A stretch of 64,000 nucleotides of DNA from Utricularia gibba (GCA_002189035.1 NEEC01000002.1:682001-746000); one strand, 5' to 3'. Numbered from the stretch's first letter, positions 26,899-39,015 are shown. The notes: generated by a model not told the origin, from the letters alone. Program-made: numbers and translations.

Positions 26899-29559
26899 CA
26901 TGCCTCCACCAGAGCACGATGAAAGCCTGATCATAACAAGGCTGTGCATGTCTTTCAGTAACTTGGATCTTTCTTCATAACCAGTAGTAGATTTTAGATG
27001 GTTTTTGTACGTGCTTGTCATTTCTTAGTTGAAAACTTGGTTCTTTTCAGGATTCATCTGTCTTCTTCTTCTTCTTGGTTCTTGATCCCCATCTTGATCA
27101 TTTGCCCGGCCCAAATGGGCGTCGGTGAGCAGTACCCCAGGTCTCATCACAGCAACATCATGGTCCTTTTCATCCCAAAAAGACTTCCACAGCTCTGCCG
27201 GAGGCGGTCAATGGCTGTGGGCGTGCAACTGGGACTACGAACGAGAGGCCGAGGGGAAAACCGGGCTGGGTGTTCCCATCTCGCAGACCCACTTGCAAAC
27301 CAATCCCTAACGAGCGGTCTCAACACGGTGGCGTAGAAAGAAATGGTCCGCTTTTGGCCGGTTGATCGTCTTCCTTGTCCGATTGCTTGATTTTCTCTCG
27401 CCCCACTACGTGACACACGACAAAGCGGTGCATCACATCCGGCAGTGCCTGTGGGCTTCGGTGGTTCCCGACCCTGTGGTCGCCATTGCTCTGGCTGGCA
27501 GTTTCACTGCGTTGGCCCCAGGATCCTCTCAAAATCACGCACAAAAAAACTATTTCCCCAATAAATAGTGAAAAACTTAAATGTATCGGTATTTAAAATA
27601 AAATTATATAATAACAATTATTAGCTTCATATATAAACTTTTAAACTTAATATTAATAATAATCAATATGTAATCTACACAATCACCAGTGAAATAAAAT
27701 AAAATTATAATTCTAGAATTGAATTAATGTTTTTATTTGATAATGAATCTGATTTTATTGTTTATTTTTTAAAAAAAAAGAATAAAAGCGGTTAATTAAT
27801 AGGAAGAATTACAACAATAATTTAGTTAGTGGAATAAATGATTCATTATTCTTGTGGACACGTGGGCGATGATTAGAATGGGCAAGGGAGGGTAGTTATC
27901 GCACATTTGGCGCTTTCTTTGTAATTTAATCATCACTCCCATTGAATGGGTTTGAAAGCCAGAATATTTCCCACATGCGAAAAATGGAGGAGAGACAAGT
28001 CGTGAATTTCGCTGGGACTTTATTTTCAACTTCTATGGAGCTTATAATATTAAATCCTGTGTTTTAAATTAGAAAAGAAATTATGAATTCTTCGTGTGAG
28101 CAATTTAAGTTTGAAATGATTAAATCTTGATTGAATCGTTTGATTATTTATAAAAAAAAATTGAAAAATTAGACTACGATCCAATTACAGTTCGATCCAA
28201 TGCTTTAAATCGTAAAAAAAAAAAACCATTAACCGTTTGTAATTGTATTACATCATTCAATACTTTGAATAATTCTATAAAATCAAAGAAGATATTTATG
28301 AATCTTTTTATTATTAAAAAAAGTAATAAATAAGAATATCATGACTTAAATAAAGAAATTCATTTAATTGTGGCGTGCCCCAATCGAGTGGTGTTCTTGT
28401 AATCACGTCACGGCTGGGCCTGTTGAGATAAGCCCTTCTGGTTGTTAATACGAATTATTAGAGCGGTTTTGTGTAAAGCTGTTGGCAAGAAGGATAAGGC
28501 GCACTTGCTCCACTACAGCCATGGGCATGGGCATGGGCATGCAATCAAGTTGGCGGAGATGAGCACTACGTGAGAGTTATCGGAGACACACAGACCTCAC
28601 CTTATCCCTTCTTCATTCCCACCACACCCTCTTCTTCTTCATATCACCGGATCGCAAGCCCAAACACTTTGTGTGGGGAAAAAGAAAACGATGCAGAGAA
28701 GCAAGAGTTTGTGTTGGTTTTATGTGGAAATGTGCTTTAAAATTCGGTTCAAACACCTTCTGGTTCCATCTTTGAAAGGGTAAGCCCCCGCTCAAAACTA
28801 AGAAAAAGAAGACGCTATCGAATAAAATGAATAATATTGTATAAAATAGAAAAATTCGATAGATAATATAATAAAAAGAAATTATGTATGTTTAGTGTAC
28901 GTAATTTTATGAAATGAGTTTGTTTAATTTTTTAAAATTTGCAATACAAATAAGAAATTAAGACTTTATGATTAATTTTATAAATTATTGAATTTCTTAT
29001 ATTTTAGTAATTGAATAAGAGATTGATTAAAAAAATATGGTATTTATTTTATCTATTTTTAAAAATATATTTATGTAATAACATTAAATCATACAATAAT
29101 TTAATATTTTAAATTTTACAATATATATATTTTTTTAAAAAATTGTAATATAAATCCCAATTTTACAATTTTAAAATTGAATTTATAATATTAATTTATG
29201 AATTTGAGTGGGTGACATGATTTTATATTGTATGTGTTGAACCGTGTGCATCTTAACTTACTATTTCTTCTTGACTGAGAAGGATGGCGATTGTGGACAG
29301 GAGCACATTGAGGGAATATGCAACAAGGAAGTGATTGAATCTGAGCCATCTGTCCAGGTGATAAGGCAGACGGGATCGACGGCGATTTCTTTATCCTCCC
29401 GGATTCCCACTCACTTTTAACAAATGAAAGCGAGCTTCATGTCGACCGAATTTCGCATGCATCGCCATGTCATTTTACCTCTATTTAAGCGATGCTCGGG
29501 GGAGGCGGCAAGGGCTAAGAAAGCAAGACCCGGAGATAGTACCTTTTTCCAGTTAGGAA

Positions 29560-30772
29560 ATGGCTCCGGTAGAAGCTCTCCCGGCCGGTGTGGCGGACGG
29601 CAAGGTGCCGGCGGCGGACTCCAAGAAGGCGTACGTGACATTCTTGGCGGGCAGTGGGGACTACGTGAAGGGAGTTGTTGGCCTGGCCAAGGGGCTTAGA
29701 AAGGTGAACACTGTTTATCCTCTCGTCGTCGCCATCCTCCCCGATGTGCCGGAGGAGCATCGGGAGATTCTCCGATCGCAGGGATGCATCGTCAAGGAGA
29801 TTGAGCCGATTTACCCGCCGGAAAACCAGATCGAGTTCGCCATGGCGTATTACGTCATCAACTACTCCAAGCTTCGGATTTGGAATGTGAGCAACCACAA
29901 CTTTTGCTGATAGTATTTTAATGGGGATTTGGGTTTCACATCATTTATTTACAGTTCCTGGAGTACACGAAGATGGTTTACCTTGACGCCGACATCCAAG
30001 TCTACGAGAACATCGACCATCTTCTGGACACACCCAACGGCTACTTCTACGCTGTAATGGATTGTTTCTGCGAGAAGACATGGAGTCACTCCCGGCAGTA
30101 CAAGATCGGTTACTGCCAGCAGTGCCCAGACAAGGTGAAGTGGCCGGCGGAGATGGGTTCTCCCCCGCCGTTATACTTCAACGCCGGCATGTTTGTTCAT
30201 GAACCCAGCAAGGAAACCTACGAGAGTCTGCTTTCTACTCTGCGCATCACTCCACCCACACCCTTCGCCGAGCAGGTGACGTTTCCGATCATACGCCACG
30301 TACTAAGCCGCCTTTCAACCGATTCTAATTCAATATGATCTACAGGATTTTCTCAACATGTTCTTCCAAAAAATCTACAAGCCCATTCCGTTGATCTACA
30401 ACCTCGTCCTGGCAATGCTGTGGCGCCACCCGGAGAACGTGGAGCTCGAGAAGGTCGAAGTCGTTCACTACTGTGCTGCAGTAAGAGCTGTTTATTCGAA
30501 TCACTTGTCGATTATTTTTAGTTCCGACATGAGATGAATGCGTTTTCCGATGGGCGGCTGATCAGGGGTCGAAGCCGTGGAGGTACACGGGAGTGGAGGC
30601 CAACATGGACAGGGAAGACATAAAGATGCTGGTGAAGAAATGGTGGGATGTTTATGAAGATGATTCTCTTGACTTCAAAGGTGAACCTTCTTCAGCAGTG
30701 TCGAAGCCGGCGATCATCGCGTCTGCTCCTGAACCGGCGGTTTCATACGTCCCCGCCCCGTCTGCTGCTTAA
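29560..30772 (+). CDS. GolS: Galactinol synthase (GT8), 4 exons
   Basis: AYVTFLAGSGDYVKGVVGLAKGLRK; YVINYSKLRIW; MVYLDADIQV; YFNAGMFV; FAEQ-DFLNMFF; HYCAA-GSKPWRYTG; C-terminal signature APSAA*. Confidence 0.97.
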
Positions 30773-31532
30773 GAGACGGTTGCTGTTAGTGACAGTTGCA
30801 GCTTCCTTTTTCCTTGGTATCTTGTCTTGGTGTTTATATAGCATGAAGGAAATATGCACTTATTTTTATTAGCAGATTTTATATATATATAAAACTATAT
30901 TATTGATATTGATTTTAATTAGAAAATCAAATATTTTTCTAAAACAAAAAGAAGAAAATCTTGCAGTGGGCTTAGGCCGTAGGCCCACTAAAGCGTATAG
31001 GGCTTATATACTGAGGCCCATGATATCCGGCCGGCTTCGACGAGGACGTAGAAGTGTGAGTTAGTAGACGGAGCGTGGGCGGTGGGTGCGATGGCCGGGA
31101 ATGAACCGCATCCTCTTGCAGAAATTTCAACGCGATATTCGCCAGGATTTCGAACAAAATCTTCAGGAGGAATGTTCTGCACCTTGCTCGCTTCGGTCAA
31201 GGTTTGCCGCGTTTTAGTTGCGATACTCCTTACTGGTTAACTAGGGTGTGGATTGGGGATTCTTATCACCGTAATGCTTTTTGAATTACGGACCTGCGTA
31301 TCCCTTCTTCAATTGTTGATTCTGCAGCCTGCAGTTGTTATTCTGGTTAAGAGTTGAAATATCGGAACACCCTGAACGTCACTGATTGAGTGGGGAAAAG
31401 TCGCAGGTCGGAGAACTCAAAGCATGGCTTCTTTACCAAAACATCAAGCTACTACAAATCTTTTCTCAATATATAGTCGATTGCGGGCGGCTGGTCTTAT
31501 CTTCTTGGGTTGGTTCCATGCACGAAGAATGT

Positions 31533-31925
31533 CTAGACATTCTCAGCGAACCTGACATGCCGTGGTTTGCGCCCGCCATTGATGTAAATGTGGGGCTGGT
31601 CTGCGTTTGGTTTGGCCAGAGGGGTTTTCTTGTCGAACCCGAATTCTATTTCTCCGTCTCTCATCATGAAATTTGGTTTCTGCCACTCCTTAGGCCCCAG
31701 TGCACTCTTCTTAGGAGTACGGCTCGCCGCCTCCAAGTCCGCCGTCTTCACACGCTGGCGTTGCTTGCTGCAGATTCTCCCCAGCACACAGGCTAGACCG
31801 GATATCACCATGATCACGGCCAAGACGATAAATACGGGGACAAATGAGCCACCGGAATGAGGGGAGGTATTCACTTGGCTGATTGGAAGGGGGTGAGTGT
31901 ATATACCATAATCAGTTTCAGACAT
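31533..31925 (-). CDS. Intronless single-pass membrane protein of unknown function (130 aa)
   Basis: MSETDYG...SFVPVFIVLAVIMVISGLACVLGRIC (TM followed by GR-C) and MRDGEIEFGF. This architecture is typical of a conserved, uncharacterised plant family (recalled, not searched). Confidence 0.75.
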   Translation of the reverse strand: MSETDYGIYTHPLPISQVNTSPHSGGSFVPVFIVLAVIMVISGLACVLGRICSKQRQRVKTADLEAASRTPKKSALGPKEWQKPNFMMRDGEIEFGFDKKTPLAKPNADQPHIYINGGRKPRHVRFAENV

Positions 31926-32589
31926 TTTGAAAGATGGACCCGGACGAGCTCTGGGATTAGGATTTGCAAAACCAAGTGACAATGGGGTTGCTTGCACTCG
32001 TGAAACAGTGGGGGGAATGGCGCAAGAATCAAGCTGAGAATAAAGAGAGTTCAAATTGGAGGTGGGGCTTCTGCTTTTTTGGCTTGGGCTTCTCTTTAAT
32101 AAAGAGAATAAGAGATCTGGTTCTCTGTGGGAAGAAGGATACTTTTGTTTGTTTCTTGAAGAGAAAGTTGGAAAAGGAGAGCCTTTGGTCACAGACCATT
32201 GCGCATAACAGTGAAGGTGAGAGAGCCCCTGCAAAATTCTCTGTGCTTTCGCTTTTACTCTATGCTCTGTTTCTACTGAAACTTCGTGAAATCGCTGTTT
32301 GCTTGCTCCATTTCTTGTCTTTTCTTTCCTTGTGATCTATCAAAGAATCTTTGTGTCATTCCTTACACCTGGACACACCCTTATTTCCATACGATACAGC
32401 TTCATTTCAAACTGGTCCAAAGATGATCTGATCTGTCTTGGACTCCGTGCAGGTTTGGCAATTTCCATTACCATGAACCATAAGCAAATGCAAGAAACAA
32501 GCCATTGCATCTTCGTGTACAAACTTATTCAAGATGACAGAAAACAGTAGCGTGGAAAGAGGAGCATGCGCCAACCAGTTTGCTTGCCA

Positions 32590-34036
32590 TCAAATAGATG
32601 ATACAGGATTGAGGTTGAAGTCAAGGTTCCAGAGCTCAAGAGAGCCTTTGATGAAGTCGTAGTGCGCCCCTTTCAGAGACAGCCTCTTCTGCAATACATT
32701 GTCTCTAACAAATGGGTAGGTCAGCAGATTCCCAAGAGAGACATTCACAGCTTCCTGTTACAGAGAAACGAGTTCCGGGCATCAGTTTTCGTCATTGCAG
32801 TGTTGTATGAAGGATTCATTCTACCTTCTCTAGGAAAGTGCACTTATCAGCTATATCCATGTCCTTGCATTCTGACTCAACCTTAGCCTTGGCAGCCTTG
32901 CAAATGGTCACCCATTGCTCAATAAAATGACTGCAAGAATCACACCCTCAGCTCCATACATGTCCCATTTTGATTCACTTTGGTTTTCCTAATTCCATCT
33001 CTAACCTGTTTGTGGTGCCATCATCTGGAATGGACATGAGGCCCTTGATTCCTCCACACGCGCTATGCCCAATCACCAAAATGTTCTCCACCTAAAGTAA
33101 ACACCATCTATTTACAACACAAAGTAGCAGAGTTCAGAAAAGTGGACTGAAAAGTGATCATCACCTTAAGATGAAGCACCGCGTATTCAATTGCTGCACC
33201 GATTCCAGAATATTTAGTCTGCAAAGAGATTGGCATTACTCAATAACCATGTACACAAAACCTCTGGAAAGATCTGAATCACCTTATCGTATGGAGGAAC
33301 CATGTTAGCTATGTTTCGAACAATGAAGGCCTCCCCAGGTTGAAAATTCAGTACGTGTGAAGGGCAGACACGAGAATCAGAGCAGGCGAACACCATAAAC
33401 TGCGGTTTAGAAAGGAATTAGACAGAGCCTTGTCGAATTACTGCCATGGTAAACCTAACACAGGCGGATGATTTTTTTTTTTTTTACCCTAGGGCTTTGA
33501 CCTTTCGCAAGCTCCTCATACAGATCAGGATTCTTCCTGAAAAATTGCAGACAAAAAGGTTAGTTACGTCACTTTGATCATTTATGTCTATGGATCAAGC
33601 TATTGGAGAATCTCGCTTTATCTCTGACCTTTCCTTCATATGCTACTACTTACTCGAAATTCTCTTTCTTGAAATGATGGAAGCCGGCGCGGATCCTGTT
33701 CTCCGCATCACTCGCCTTCCTCTCGGAGGCGGAGGCTAATTCCGAAGTGATACTCCTCAGCTTCGCCGCCGCGTCTGCGGTTAACTCTTTTCTCGCGCTG
33801 CGCTTTTTCAAGAAAATAAATCAATAAATGAAGACCTCGAATATCGGGATCGCGAGTAGACAAAATTCCACGGAATTCGATAAAACGAAATTCCAGAAAT
33901 GGCAAGTCACTGTTCCAGTCATGACTTCGCAACTGATATTGAGTAATCGCAATTACGCCAGAAGGATTTATCATATGAAGCACCTCAGAAGCTTCTTGAG
34001 GCCCAAGACGGCTTCCTCCCATGGATCACTCGCCAT
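32590..34036 (-). CDS. BCA: Beta carbonic anhydrase (betaCA3/4-like); possible N-terminally extended isoform from ATG 34287
   Basis: [18 protein letters not shown]...[51 protein letters not shown]; [13 protein letters not shown]; [16 protein letters not shown]; KGAHYDF. Zn ligands C, H and C are present. Confidence 0.96.
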
Positions 34037-35236
34037 TCCCACACTCTGCACAACAACCGGACGTCGGATCGAGGAAACAGAGAGGGTGAAATCAACGAAA
34101 ACAGAGATTGAAACTCCCCTGTATACCTTGCAAACTCGGAATTTGGATTGTCTAGAGGCAGACAGAAAAAGAACGATCAGTGTAGAAGACGGGCGTCAAA
34201 CGCGTGCCGATTCTCCCTTCAGCTTACCCCAGGTAAGTAATCATTTACACAGATCACTGATGAGCACGTGAACGTCCGCAATTGCATACCTGGTCAAACA
34301 GAAGGAATGGTCACCCATTTCCGTAAATTGGGCCCCTTCTTATCATTTGGGTCGGATCCCCATTTGGGCTCACAATATTTTCCAAGGCCCAGCTTCCAAC
34401 TGTTTTTAAATTATTATAATATACACTCCAATTTATGTGTTTTCCATTTTTTTTACGCTAAAAAAAGAAAACTAAAAGGACGTAAAGGTGACGTAACAGG
34501 GGCGTCAACCTCTCATCTCAACCCCAATGTCGCACCTTTTGCAAAGGCTCCACCCACCCGCCACCACTATCCCCATCCCTGAGTGCGCTTTTGAACTCAC
34601 ATTCCACAGCGAAGCATCGCCCATGATTCATTCCTCAGGACCTCCTTTTTTTCACACATAGGAGTGCTGAATTGTAAGATCATAGGCATTGTTACTATAT
34701 TCCACATTAATTATGAATAATAAAAGAAAGAATTAAATAGATGCATGCTATTAATTTTACATAAGGTATTTTTTCACGAAAATTAAATATTTGAAACGAA
34801 TAAAATTGATGAAACCCTAAATTGGACAAGTGCCATGTGGAGCAGGTAGAAGGGAGCCTTACAAATAGACGAGTCTAGAAATAATGAAATTGGCTCATTC
34901 TAGAATAAATTGGTTGACAAAAAATCTTTTAAATTGTATTGAAAATCTACTACAGTTTAACAGATCGATAAATGGACTATCAAGCACAAAGAATAATCAA
35001 TACCTCCAAAATATAGTCGTATCTACTTTCACTATAAATATAATAAAGTTTAAAAAATAAAAATGTTGAACTCTCTAGATTTTGAAACTGTATTCCTCTT
35101 TTTTCTTCGTTAGTAAAATACACATTTCTGATGATAGTTCGACAGTTCCGTGGTTTAAGACCAATTATCGACAGCAACAAATATCATATCAATCCAAATT
35201 TGATCGTTAACAGGTTGAGCCATATTCCAAAGTAGT

Positions 35237-35640
35237 GCCTGCCCGCCCGCCCGGGCGCCGGAGATGTTAGGAGCTAGGTAGGATCTCCCCCCTTAGCCGG
35301 GAGGAGGGACGGCTGGGGTTCGTACAATGAATGCGGGATCCCGAACCCAGTAGACAAGCTGACTTCAACCCGCATTAAACCATCCAAATCCTTCAAATCA
35401 CAATAATGCCATCCTATCCTGTAGACGGTAGAGGAGGGAGAATGTGGATCTGGACAACTTCACCTCATGCAATGATCCCATAAGGCGCCCGCCCGGAATC
35501 ACCACTTTTCGCAGCTTTCGTGAACGTAGGGGCCTCGCAAGGACCAACCTCCATGTGGGAACGCGCGACGCCATAAGAAACAAGGCACAATTATTCTTAT
35601 ACCCCCCTCGGTAGGCAGTTACTCCCCCAATCATACAAAA
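35237..35640. other. GC-rich self-complementary island of unknown origin between AT-rich spacers
   Basis: Sharp rise in GC; several perfect 5-8 bp inverted repeats (see findings); no convincing ORF or family match. Confidence 0.35.
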
Positions 35641-36571
35641 ATAATAATAATCTTTACTTATTCAAATATTTTATAATGTAAATAGATGTGAATCTTAATA
35701 AGTATATTAAAATCTTACGTTTGTTCTTTATTATTTAAATCTATCAATTAAATATTATATAATTTTATAATTATACTTTTAAATATATTAAACTTGATCA
35801 ATCACACACCCTAAATAGGATCATTTTTTTACCATTATAAATAATAAGAATAACTACATAATTTAAAGAGTTCATTTGATAATAATGTATTAATATATTT
35901 AAGTATAATATAATTAGATATATATATACATTTAATTATATATTACGTTTAATATTCTAAAACATAATCAGTATATATATAATGAATCACCCTCTCCTTT
36001 CATTTATGTACAAATCTTATACACTCTAAAAATAAATATATAAATAATATAGTCATACGAGATTGACGTATATACGTTAGTTAGTTTAATAACGGTTTAT
36101 TTATAAATTTTGATATTCAATAGACAACATCTTTCAAATTGAAAAATTAGGTGTTAAAACATAGGATAAATTCGAATATTAGTAATTAAATTATTATTTT
36201 TAAATAAAACGATTCGTCTAATTGATCCGATCTTGAATTTCGAAGAATATGGCCTCCAATGTAATTCATTCCAAGAGCCTCTCACGGCGAACCCGGGCAT
36301 TTGACTGTATGTCATCATAAAGCAATCTTTTCACCGATTTTGGTTTTCAAATATTAAATTAAACATTTAATATATTTTTTTTGTATTTTTATACATGAAT
36401 TAAATGCAAATGGAATATATTGTGTGAAAATGTAAAATAATAAAATATAGAGTAGAAAAAAAAAACGAAAATGGACACCGCACCGGCGTCCTCATTTTCC
36501 TATAAAAGAAGGGTAGCTTATCCGGAATTCAGCGGCGTTCTTCCTCGTTTTCCTCACGTATCAACACAAGA

Positions 36572-38579
36572 ATGCGGAAGGTATCCGGGTTCGGGTCGGA
36601 TTCATCGCCGCCGCAGCGGTGCTGGGGTCTCCTCTGGGGCTTGCTCTTCATTGTCTCCGTTCAGATTTCGGAGGTTCACTTGCTGACAACTGATTGAAAA
36701 GGAACTGCACCAAAATTAATAACTGACAGATTTCTGCGTGAGTTAATGCAGGTATCAGGTGGAAGAAGGCTCGTTAAATCAGCAGCTTCAAATCCGTTCA
36801 CGCCCAAAGGGTATCTGCTGCGTTACTGGGAGAAGCAGATCGGCAATGGTTTACCCGGGCCGGGGTTTCTGATGGAGAAGGCGTCGCCGCTGACGGCCGC
36901 GCAATACGCCGCGTTTAGTAAAATCGCCGGCGATGGGAACGCACTTTCGGAGAAACTGGCGGAATTTTGTGCAGAGGCGAACCTGTTGTGCTTCCCTGAT
37001 CTGTCGCAGAGTTTGGAGAAACACGGTTCTGATGTCAGTTTTGCTAATTACATGGATCAGAACTTCACCAGCTACGGGAATGGGCGTCGTAAGGGAACCG
37101 ATGAATTCCGGAGTTACTCTGAGAATGATAATGTCGTCGTCGACACTTTCCGCCGCTACAGCCGCGGTTCCACTGATCATAAGGACAAGTTTGGGGCCTA
37201 TGCCACCGAGTCTAATGTGGTGGACCAGAGCTTCAACACGTACGGCACCGGCGCCACCGGCGGGAAGGCCAGTTCAAGAACTACGGGTACGAAGTAAACG
37301 TGCCCGATCTAACATTCACATCTTATTCCGATAGAGGCAACGGCCGGGATCAAAAATTCTCCGCCTACTCCACCGAAGCCAACGCCGGAGACGAGGGATT
37401 CGCTAGCTACGGCAAGAACGGAAAGGGTGCTGACAACACATTCACAAGCTACGGAAATGAATCAAACGTAATCGGCAGCAGTTTCAAGAACTACGGTGAA
37501 AATGGTAATCGGGGAAAGGATAAATTCACCTCTTACGGCGAGAACGGTAATGTGCCGGAGAATAATTTCCGCAACTACGGCGCTGGCGGTGAGGCTGCTA
37601 CAGATACTTTCAAAAATTACAGAGACCAATCCAATGTTGGAGACGACGGTTTTGATTCCTACGGTAAGAAATCTCATAGCACTGAGATAGGTTTCGTCAA
37701 TTACGGCCAATCCTTCAATGAGGGCACTGACAAATTCACCGGCTACGGCAAGGACTCCACCGCCGCAACCGTCGATTTCAAGATTTACGGCGTGAACAAC
37801 ACCTTCAAGGAGTACGACAAGGCCGCCACCACCACATTCTCCAGCTACCTCAACGAAACCTATTCCGCTGAGAAAGCCACGGCGGCAAGTGACACAAAAA
37901 AGGTAAGCAAGTGGGTGGAACCGGGGAAATTCTTCAGGGAGGCGATGTTGAAACAGGGCAGTCTAATGCCGATGCCGACATTAGAGACAAAATGCCGAGG
38001 AGATCGTTCTTGCCGCGCGGCATCGTCTCCAAACTGCCGTTCTCATCCTCAAAGATGTCTGAAATCAAGAAGATTTTCCATGCCAGCGATGAATCAAGCA
38101 TTTCCAAAATGGCCACAGATGCGCTACACGACTGCGAGCGCGCACCCAGTCCCGACGAAACCAAGCGGTGCGTGGCGTCGATCGAGGACATGATCGACTT
38201 CGCGACATCGGTTTTGGGCCGGAGCGTGGCGGTACGCACCACCGATTCAACCGCCGGCGCTAACTCCCAAATCTTACTCGGCGAAGTTAAAGGGATCAAC
38301 GGCGGCAAAGTCACCAAATCGGTGTCATGTCATCAGAGCCTTTACCCGTATCTGCTCTACTACTGCCATTCCGTCCCCAAAGTCCGGGTCTACGAAGCGG
38401 ATATCTTGGATCCGAATACCAGGTCCAAGATCAACCATGGCGTCGCCATCTGTCACCTGGACACCTCCTCGTGGAGCCCAGATCACGGCGCCTTCGTTGC
38501 GTTGGGCCCCAGCCCGGGTAAAATTGAAGTTTGTCATTGGATCTTTGAGAACGATATGACTTGGGCCGCCGCTGATTGA
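36572..38579 (+). CDS. PG1beta-type (polygalacturonase non-catalytic subunit, AroGP-like) BURP protein, copy 1; two apparent -1 frameshifts
   Basis: Signal-peptide exon 36572-36673, intron, then NPFTPKGYLLRYW...EKASPL...FC, 21 FxxY repeats, VEPGKFFRE and a BURP domain with 4 CH motifs ending FENDMTWAAAD*. The frame breaks at the G run 37262-37264 and at 37975-37977. Confidence 0.9.
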
Positions 38580-38698
38580 GCCCAATATTCACAGCGCCTT
38601 CGTTGCGTTGGGCCCCAGCCCGGGTAAAATTGAAGTTTGTCATTGGATCTTTGAGAACGATATGAATTGGGCCGCCGCTGATTGAGCCCAATATTCAC
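38483..38698 (+). repeat. 106-bp tandem duplication of the BURP1 C-terminal codons, stop and proximal 3' UTR
   Basis: GCGCCTTCGTTGCGTTGGGCC...GCTGATTGAGCCCAATATTCAC starts at 38488 and again at 38594. TCAC sits at the junctions. The copies differ at about 2 positions. Confidence 0.9.
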
Positions 38699-38858
38699 GG
38701 CCCATTATTTATCCTGCCCAGTTGTGTTTCCATTCATAGTAGAAAGATAAGGCGTGTAGGCCATGTGTTTTCAATTTTCGTTCTTCCCTTTTTATCCTGA
38801 CCATAAAGATTTATTGTGCGTGTGTTAAGCTGATTAACGAGGGTAAGAAAGTAAAAGC

Positions 38859-39003
38859 AAGCCAACTACCAGAGGCTGCGGGTACCAACCAGCTATATAG
38901 TCAATGCCCCCCCGGCAACCTGAGTACATGAAGCCAACTACCAGAGGCTGGGGGTACCAACTAACTATATAGTCAATGCCCCTCCCCGGCAACCTGAGTA
39001 CAT
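38859..39003 (+). repeat. Two ~72-bp tandem units immediately upstream of BURP2, each containing CTATATAG
   Basis: AAGCCAACTACCAGAGGCTG...CTATATAGTCAATGCCCC...GGCAACCTGAGTACAT at 38859-38929 and 38931-39003. Confidence 0.88.
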
Positions 39004-39015
39004 CAAGGGAAAAAA

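Noticed and set aside
28488-28612. Imperfect inverted repeat (AGAAGGATAAGG...CCTTATCCCTTCT) around (ATGGGC)n as a miRNA precursor
   Set aside because: The interior does not pair. It is better explained as two opposed GATAAG (I-box-like) motifs in promoter DNA.
32340-32522. 60-aa ORF with a hydrophobic N-terminus as a secreted peptide
   Set aside because: It lies in the 3' flank of betaCA, with no CLE/CEP/RALF-type motif and no other support.
34227-34240. U1 snRNA 5' end-like ACTTACCTGG on the minus strand
   Set aside because: The match stops after about 10 nt. It is simply the complement of a consensus 5' splice site.
34257-34273. Hammerhead-like CTGATGAG...GAAC
   Set aside because: No GAAA core, no proper stem II and no flanking stems.
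35237-35640. Telomerase RNA, SRP RNA, RNase MRP or twister/HDV ribozyme identity for the GC-rich island
   Set aside because: There is no C-rich telomere template 5' of the pseudoknot on either strand, and no TATA at Pol III spacing after the USE-like motif. Conserved cores of the other RNAs are not present. Kept only as an unknown structured element.
38573-38582. miR171-like TGATTGAGCC
   Set aside because: Only 10 nt, overlapping the BURP1 stop codon; no hairpin.
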